From an uncultured Chthonomonadaceae bacterium (lineage in GTDB: Bacteria > Armatimonadota > Chthonomonadetes > Chthonomonadales > Chthonomonadaceae): a stretch of 64,000 nucleotides of DNA. The stretch covers positions 352,001 to 416,000 of the forward strand of contig CAWIEK010000049.1 in the NCBI GenBank assembly GCA_963835065.1. Reading direction: 5' to 3'. The notes beneath the pieces are model-generated. The model was not told the origin of the DNA. It did no database searches and was given only the letters and a program-made list of their open reading frames with translations. Both the position numbers and the translations under genes were made by a program. Below, piece by piece: positions 57,954-64,000 of the stretch (within the stretch, counting starts at the first letter, position 1; the number at the start of each line of letters is the position of its first letter).

Positions 57954-58850
57954 ATGACCAACGCTACTTTCAACACACTGGACAACACAATTACCACTGA
58001 GGAACGTACCGACGCATGGCTGACGGAGCGGGTGCGTCTTTTGCGCGAGAATCACTTTGCGGACGTGCCACAGGGCTACCCGATTGTGACGCGGTTTTCC
58101 ACGCGGGCCAAATACCGGCTTGGCTGCATCTGCGCCCGTAACAGCACCGCGCTGATTCAGGTGAACCGCCTGTACGCCGATCCGTTCGTGCCCGTGTATG
58201 TCGTGGATGGCACTCTGGCGCACGAGTTGGCGCACTACGCGCACGGCTTCGGGTCGGGACTGCCGCAAAAGTACAAACACGCGCACCGGGGCGGCGTTGT
58301 GGATAAGGAATTGCAGCAGCGCGGTTTGGGGGAGTTGTATACTCGTTCGGAGCAGTGGCGCAAGCTGCATTGGGATACTTTTTATCAATCCCGGTGCGGC
58401 GACCTGATTGCGAAGCAAAACGCGCAGCAGGGCGTGGAAACCGCCATTTGGGAATTGTTTCTGCGCGCGCCCAACCGCCGCACACAAGCGGAATTACAGG
58501 CGCGTTACGCCCGTATCGCCACCCGCCTCGCCCTGCACACGCCCCGCGTTCCCCTGTTCACCGTGGAATGGCTTCATGCCACATCCCGGCAAGCCTATCC
58601 CTCCTACTGGTACGCCCAAACCCGCGTTCTGCGCCTGCATGGCCTCTTGGCGGACAAGCGCGTTCCCGACAATGTGGTGGATTTTGAAATCACCTACTGG
58701 CTGGCGCGTCAAGCGGTCGGCGAAGCGTGGCCGCGCATCCATGCCCTGCTGTGCAGCGCTGGTCTTCAGGAGGAAGCCGCTGCCGCCCTCGACTGGCGCA
58801 AGAAGCGCTGGAAAGCGTTTTGCGGGAAGAATCATCCACTGTGGAGGTAG
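57954..58850 (+). CDS. Zinc metallopeptidase-like protein (SprT/YgjP-like) with a duplicated domain
   Basis: VP.YVVD..LAHELAHYAHG; second half has VPDNVVDFEITYW without HExxH. Confidence 0.7.
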   Translation: MTNATFNTLDNTITTEERTDAWLTERVRLLRENHFADVPQGYPIVTRFSTRAKYRLGCICARNSTALIQVNRLYADPFVPVYVVDGTLAHELAHYAHGFGSGLPQKYKHAHRGGVVDKELQQRGLGELYTRSEQWRKLHWDTFYQSRCGDLIAKQNAQQGVETAIWELFLRAPNRRTQAELQARYARIATRLALHTPRVPLFTVEWLHATSRQAYPSYWYAQTRVLRLHGLLADKRVPDNVVDFEITYWLARQAVGEAWPRIHALLCSAGLQEEAAAALDWRKKRWKAFCGKNHPLWR

Positions 58851-58962
58851 ACAGTAGACAGTAGTCAGTAGAAATGCTCACTTAACCAACGCTTTGCTGC
58901 ATAGTACGCAGTTTACAAGAGGAGGTTTTCTACTGACTACTGACTACTGTCTTCTGACTACT
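58846..58962. repeat. Heptamer inverted repeat (GTAGACA/GTAGTCA)n … (TGACTAC)n
   Basis: Read directly; between convergent genes. Confidence 0.75.
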
Positions 58963-60095
58963 TCCTCATACACCCCCAGCACTCCCCGCGCCATGGCTTC
59001 GGGAGTATACGCCCTTCCCGCCACTTGCCCGGCCTGCCCCCATGTTTGCCGCAGTTCTGGGTTCCGCATCAGTTCCTCGACGGCATCCGCGAACGCTTCC
59101 ACTTCAAAGGGAACCAGCCGGCCAGTGCGCCCGTTTTGAACCACTTCGGTCGGCCCGCCCCTGTTGACGGCGACGCACGGCAGTCCCGCCTGCATCGCTT
59201 CGACGAGCGCCAATCCTTGCGTTTCATGGGGCGAGGCGAGTATGAACACGTCGGAAGCGGCGTACCAGTCGGCGATTTCCTCATGCGGCAATCGTCCTGT
59301 AAACACCACTTGCTGCCGCAATCCCATTTCTTCCGCCTGCTGCTCCACGTCAGCGCGTATTTGCCCATCCCCCACAATCGCCAGGCGGAAATCGTTCAGG
59401 GGCGGCGGCAGGTTACGTTCGCGCAGGGCTACGCACACGCGCAGCAGCAGATCGAGCCGCTTTTCGGGCGCAACCCGGCCCAGATACAGCAGCATGGGCG
59501 TGTCTTCACCCATACCCAAACACTGCCGGATGCGGACACGTCCTCCCGGTGTCGGGTAGATGGGCGGAACGCCGGTGGGCACGGTGACAAAGCGGGCATT
59601 TACGCCGTCCGCGATTAACGATTGGCGCGTATGCTGCGTGGGCACGATCACGGCCTGCGCGCGGGCGCAAAACCGGCGCACAACCCCTCGCGCATACGGC
59701 TGCCCCACAGCCCGCACCACGCGCAATTTGGAATTGGAAGCCATCAGATCGTACAGGGAGTGCGCCGTATAGACCATCGGCAGGCCGTGCTTGCGGGCGG
59801 TTTCCGCGCCCAGCCGGCCGACCGTAAAGGGGTGCTGGCAATGCACAACGTCAATATCTAAGGATGCAAACTCGGCGGGCAGGCGGGGAAAGGGACGCGC
59901 AGGCTGAAAGGGATAGCGGGGAAACGGCAAATCGGGCAGGCGGAACACGTCTTCCTCGCCTGGCTGCGGCGTACCGGGCGCAAAAACGTACACGCGATGC
60001 CCCCATGCGCGCAGCGTGTCGCGCAAAGTGACAACGGACGTGACGACCCCATTGGTGACGGGAGTATAACATTCTGTAAAAACGGCAATTCGCAT
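58944..60095 (-). CDS. GT4 glycosyltransferase (diacylglycerol glucosyltransferase-like)
   Basis: MRIAVFTECY.P..NGVVTSV, GRVAPEK, ETQGLALVEAM. Confidence 0.92.
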   Translation of the reverse strand: MRIAVFTECYTPVTNGVVTSVVTLRDTLRAWGHRVYVFAPGTPQPGEEDVFRLPDLPFPRYPFQPARPFPRLPAEFASLDIDVVHCQHPFTVGRLGAETARKHGLPMVYTAHSLYDLMASNSKLRVVRAVGQPYARGVVRRFCARAQAVIVPTQHTRQSLIADGVNARFVTVPTGVPPIYPTPGGRVRIRQCLGMGEDTPMLLYLGRVAPEKRLDLLLRVCVALRERNLPPPLNDFRLAIVGDGQIRADVEQQAEEMGLRQQVVFTGRLPHEEIADWYAASDVFILASPHETQGLALVEAMQAGLPCVAVNRGGPTEVVQNGRTGRLVPFEVEAFADAVEELMRNPELRQTWGQAGQVAGRAYTPEAMARGVLGVYEEVVRRQ

Positions 60096-60270
60096 ACGCA
60101 GGGATGTTCCAAATCTATGCGGGCGCAGCCGTTTTCCTCGTAGCCAACGCGCCACAAGGAAACTGCCCCGCGCTTAGCCGCAAATCACAATGCGGTATCG
60201 AACATCCCATTATATATGCGGAAGCCGCCTGCTGTCAACTTTGCAGCAGTACCTTCTCTTTCAGCCCTGC

Positions 60271-61143
60271 TTACCGAACGGCAAAGCCGCAGCGCACAAT
60301 AGCCGTTTGTCCGGTTCCTTTATCCGTGCCGGAAGTCAGCGTATTGGAAGATGCTGAGGCCGGGGAAGTATTGAGCGCATCGGGCAGGCCGCAGTACGCG
60401 GTTTCCAGCGTGTTTACATCGCGGACGGAAAGCGAAGTCCGCGAGTACACTTGCGCTGTGCTGCTCATCACGTCATTGGGATCGCCGCTGTGCCCGCCAA
60501 TGCCAAGCGCATGGCCGAACTCGTGCGCGGCAACCGGCGTAATGTCGGCAACATCCGTCAGATACGTCATATTAAAGGTTATTGTGGCGTCCACCAGTTC
60601 ACTCTTGCTGTTGGCGTGGTACTCCGTCACCGCGCCGTAGTGCGTGTCGCCCCGCGTTTCGTACTGCACCACGATAGTGGCGGACGCGGCGGTTCCCACT
60701 TCCTGAAACCGTACCGCAGAATTGGTCGCCTGAACCCACCAGTTAAAACCGGCAAGCGCCTGCGCCTTCCGCTCTGGTGTTACAAACGCGCCGGGCACAA
60801 AGTAGACGCGGGTGGGAAACGCGGCCCAATGGCGCAGTTGGTTGGGCATTCCGGTCGAAGCGTCTACTTCAGTGGCGAAGTTAGGCACGAAACTTGTCGC
60901 GCTGCATCCCGTCGAAGCCGGCGACGACGCAGTAGTTGTCGTCGTGGCAACCGCCGAGGTTTGGGAACCCGCCGCCGCGCTTTGCAGGGCTTGAGAACTG
61001 CCGCCCCCACTCCCGCACCCGCTCAAACCGCTTCCCACAATAATACCCATCAGCAAGCGCCGCATGCGCCCACCCATCCGCCCCGCCCGTGCATATCGTG
61101 CCATTCCCATTCCTGCTCCCCTCCCCTGCATTGTCTGCGACAA
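60271..61143 (-). CDS. Matrixin (M10) metalloprotease lipoprotein; start probably near 61065
   Basis: LSGC lipobox; HEFGHALGIGGH; DVM Met-turn. Confidence 0.85.
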   Translation of the reverse strand: MSQTMQGRGAGMGMARYARAGRMGGRMRRLLMGIIVGSGLSGCGSGGGSSQALQSAAAGSQTSAVATTTTTASSPASTGCSATSFVPNFATEVDASTGMPNQLRHWAAFPTRVYFVPGAFVTPERKAQALAGFNWWVQATNSAVRFQEVGTAASATIVVQYETRGDTHYGAVTEYHANSKSELVDATITFNMTYLTDVADITPVAAHEFGHALGIGGHSGDPNDVMSSTAQVYSRTSLSVRDVNTLETAYCGLPDALNTSPASASSNTLTSGTDKGTGQTAIVRCGFAVR

Positions 61144-61270
61144 ACCGATGTTTTCTCCTGTTTATCATCGGCAAACGCCCGCAAAACTACAGAGGAAAGG
61201 CAGAAGAGGAGAGGGGGAGAAAAGAAGAAGAGAAGACAGAAGCCTAATACCTGAACACCTGAACACCTGC

Positions 61271-62260
61271 TCAATATGTCAGCGCCATTGCGCCGATAGA
61301 TAAGCCTGCGCCTGTGCCGGCGAGCAGGAGGTGGTGGCCGCGTTGGAGCCGGCCTGATTGTACGGCTTCCGCAAGCGCGAGGGGGATGGAAGCGGCGACG
61401 CAGTTGCCGCGTATGGGCAGATTGATGACGATTTGCTCCTTTGCAAACCCTAAACGCTCCCATAGCAGGCGCAGGCCGTAACTGCTGGCCTGATGCGGCA
61501 CAACGGCGTGAATGTCGGCTTTATCAAACGGCAACCGGGCGAAAAAAGCGTTGAAGAACGGCGGCAGGGCGCGGGCAGACATGCGGAATACCTGCGGGCC
61601 GCACATGGAAAACAGATTGTGCGCGGGCGTTGTAGCCGGGTCGTTGGGATGGTGCAGGCTGCCGCCGCCCAACACCTGCGTCAGTTCCGCGCCCCGGCTG
61701 TCGGTTTGAAACGCGGCATGCCACAAACACGATGGCTCACCGGCTTCGGCAGGCGTCAGCACCGCCGCCGCCGCCGCATCGCCGAACAAAACCATACTTT
61801 CCGGTTCGTGTGGATTGCGCGAGTACATGGAAATCTCGCTGCTGACGATCAGCACGCGCTTGTACGCGCCACCGGAAACCAGATGCGCTGCGGTATGTAG
61901 CGCAAACAGAAAACTCAGACACGTCGCGTCCACGTCGAAACAGGGACAGCCACTTGCGGCAAGGCCAAGTTCGCGCTGCAAAAACGCGGCGGTACAGGGT
62001 ACGGCCTGCTGCGGAGCGGCGGACGCGCTGATGATGCAGTCAATGTCGGTAAGATTTATTCCGGCGTTTTCAATTGCCTGCCGGGCCGCGTTCGCGCCCA
62101 TGCCGACCGTTGTTTCCGTCGTTACATAGCGCCGTTCCTGTATGCCCGTCACGCGCTCGATCCATCCCGAAGAAAGGTTCAGTTGCGCCTCTAAGTCCGC
62201 GTTCAACACGCGATGAACGGGCAGGCAGCATCCCAAACCCGCAATTCTGACTTTCAGCAT
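61271..62260 (-). CDS. 3-oxoacyl-ACP synthase III (FabH-like)
   Basis: TGIQERR, DATCLSF, LFGDAAAA, PHQAS, GNCVAASIP. Confidence 0.9.
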   Translation of the reverse strand: MLKVRIAGLGCCLPVHRVLNADLEAQLNLSSGWIERVTGIQERRYVTTETTVGMGANAARQAIENAGINLTDIDCIISASAAPQQAVPCTAAFLQRELGLAASGCPCFDVDATCLSFLFALHTAAHLVSGGAYKRVLIVSSEISMYSRNPHEPESMVLFGDAAAAAVLTPAEAGEPSCLWHAAFQTDSRGAELTQVLGGGSLHHPNDPATTPAHNLFSMCGPQVFRMSARALPPFFNAFFARLPFDKADIHAVVPHQASSYGLRLLWERLGFAKEQIVINLPIRGNCVAASIPLALAEAVQSGRLQRGHHLLLAGTGAGLSIGAMALTY

Positions 62261-62398
62261 TTTCCCGCTCCTTGAAGTTTATGAACGTTTATGGCATTGG
62301 CGACTTAAGTATCCCGGTCGCAGACCGGCTGGCGGAACGCCCTGTAGACAGGTCGTTCACGACTCGGCTCATGGAGCAGTTTGATCTTTGAGCGTTCC

Positions 62399-63862
62399 TT
62401 AAACGTACATCGTATTGCTTTTAGATAGATTGCGTACCCATTGCCGTTTGACGTTCGGCGGCTCCGGGTTCACGTCCCGCGCGATTTGCAGTTCCTCGCA
62501 CCGGCAGCCCAAATAGTTCATTTGGAATTCTATGGAAGCGCGAAGCCAGGCGGATGCCGCCACAAAACATTCAGGCGGAACGTCCAGGTGAATCCGCAAA
62601 TGCCCAACCCGTTCCTGAACCGCCCGGTAATTTTGGATGTGACGAGTCGCAGAAGCATCCGGCGGCACAGGCAATTCTATCAATGAGAAATCCGAAGCGA
62701 CAGCCGCCGTTTCAGGATAAACAAAGGCGTGTACCTGATCGGGAAAAACGGCTCGGCGGACGGACGGAGCCTCCAAAGAGGGGAAATAGAGAATATCCTC
62801 CACCCTTCCTAAAACGCGCTTGATAACGCGAAACGCCGACCCGCACGGACACGGCTTATTTTCCATAATCCAGATGTCGCCCAACGCATAACGGAGAATA
62901 GGCTGCGTTGCCCGCCACAAATCGGTGACAATGGGCGTTACATACCGGGGCTGCGCGGCGTCAAGAGGCGAAAACTGCACCCCGACCACATCCTCCTGAA
63001 CGTGCAGCGAACTGCAAGAGCAGGTTACGCCGATCAGCCCCTCCGTTGCCTGATAAATTTCGCCAACCGAACTTCCAAATTCCTCCTGAAACTGCCCGCG
63101 TTCCTCCACGCCCAACACTTCCGCAACGGCAATCACCATTTCAGGAGAAACGTTTCCCTTTCCTTCTGAAATGCCACCTACAGAAGTTCCGCCACTTGAA
63201 AGTTCACCGTTTGAAATGTCTCCGGTGTGACAATTTGCCAGTCGCGCTAAATGCGAGGGCGGCGCGACCAGAATATCCGGCTGGTAGGCCGCAAGCTGCG
63301 CCGCCGCTTCTGCTACGGGCTGCATCAAGTCGAAATAGCGAAATGTTATCAGCCTGCTGCCTACCTGCTCATACAGGTTGCTGTTGGAGCGCAGGAACAG
63401 GGCGACGCGCCACCCCTGCCGCCGAATACGGGGCAGAACCCGCGCCAGCAGCGTTCCCGCCCATGCCGCCTGCTCCTCTGCGCTGACCACGAACAGCCCG
63501 CGATGCCCCGACGTGCCCGAAGATAGCCCGACCGTATAGCCGTTTATGGTGGGCGCGAAATCCCGGCTTTGTTCCGCCCGCAGCGCCACCGCAAGCGCTT
63601 CCTCCCGCCCCACTCCAACCGTGTTGAATGTATCGAAATTCGCCATCATCAACGCTTTATTCACAAGCGGCAAATTCTGCCAATCATTGAGATCGCATCC
63701 CTGCCAATGTTCCCGGTAAAACGGAGAGCGCGACACCGCAACCTGAACCATCGCCCTTGCCCGCCGCGCCTGATACGCTTGCAGACGCGGCCCGCGCAAA
63801 TGCTGAAAATTCCATTTCGCCCGCGCGTAGTGCCGAACGATTTGCAGTTTTGCCACGCTCAC
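62399..63862 (-). CDS. F390-synthetase-related adenylate-forming enzyme
   Basis: GLSSGTSGHRG, LRSNSNLY, EIYQATEG, QPILRY.LGD, GR.ED. Confidence 0.88.
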   Translation of the reverse strand: MSVAKLQIVRHYARAKWNFQHLRGPRLQAYQARRARAMVQVAVSRSPFYREHWQGCDLNDWQNLPLVNKALMMANFDTFNTVGVGREEALAVALRAEQSRDFAPTINGYTVGLSSGTSGHRGLFVVSAEEQAAWAGTLLARVLPRIRRQGWRVALFLRSNSNLYEQVGSRLITFRYFDLMQPVAEAAAQLAAYQPDILVAPPSHLARLANCHTGDISNGELSSGGTSVGGISEGKGNVSPEMVIAVAEVLGVEERGQFQEEFGSSVGEIYQATEGLIGVTCSCSSLHVQEDVVGVQFSPLDAAQPRYVTPIVTDLWRATQPILRYALGDIWIMENKPCPCGSAFRVIKRVLGRVEDILYFPSLEAPSVRRAVFPDQVHAFVYPETAAVASDFSLIELPVPPDASATRHIQNYRAVQERVGHLRIHLDVPPECFVAASAWLRASIEFQMNYLGCRCEELQIARDVNPEPPNVKRQWVRNLSKSNTMYV

Positions 63863-63999
63863 AATTTGCCCCCAATAAACTCCCGGTACGTTTCCGGGCA
63901 GTGCGTGGGAACAATGATTACGTCAGGATTTTGCAGCGCGAACGCATGCAGCCGCGCAATCGTCGGCGCAATCTCTGCCGCCTGATCCGCAATCAACAC
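63859..63999 (-). CDS. 3' end of an upstream gene, probably an MBL-fold hydrolase (partial)
   Basis: …TIARLHAFALQNPDVIIVPTHCPE…GGKL*; TGA overlaps the next GTG; this gene order is common in such clusters. Confidence 0.55.
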   Translation of the reverse strand: MLIADQAAEIAPTIARLHAFALQNPDVIIVPTHCPETYREFIGGKL

Positions 64000-64000
64000 C

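Noticed and set aside
1..64000. tRNA, rRNA, transposase or prophage genes
   Set aside because: None recognised by eye; tRNAscan-SE and Infernal would be needed to exclude small RNAs

Overview
GC-rich bacterial genomic window. The gene content (short stand-alone Rhs-core genes, DUF1501/DUF1549-1553 genes, heptamer repeats) is reminiscent of Armatimonadota, which is inference only. Left to right: an MqnE-like radical SAM gene; an AT-richer array of about 12 kb with five short Rhs-core/toxin genes, each with its own start codon, interleaved with membrane-anchored ankyrin and beta-propeller partners; a broken glycosyltransferase; GH13, MtfA-like peptidase and a two-component pair. Next is an NAD-centred cluster: pncB plus a SARP/BTAD-NB-ARC-TPR regulator, divergent from a nicotinamidase-vWA-PP2C-kinase operon, with a convergent H-Y-E PARP. 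It is followed by three toxin-antitoxin modules, DUF1501 and DUF1549/1553 genes, several pseudogenes, VIT and propeller genes, GH116, peptidases, GT4 and the end of an MBL/F390-synthetase/FabH cluster. Best candidates for undescribed systems: (1) the PncA-TerY-P/PncB/PARP NAD module; (2) a naturally split Rhs with independently translated envelope-targeting cartridges and recombination scars; (3) a 144-bp element present twice behind an ECF-type promoter. No rRNA, tRNA, CRISPR or transposase was recognised. Several single-base frameshifts may be sequencing errors.
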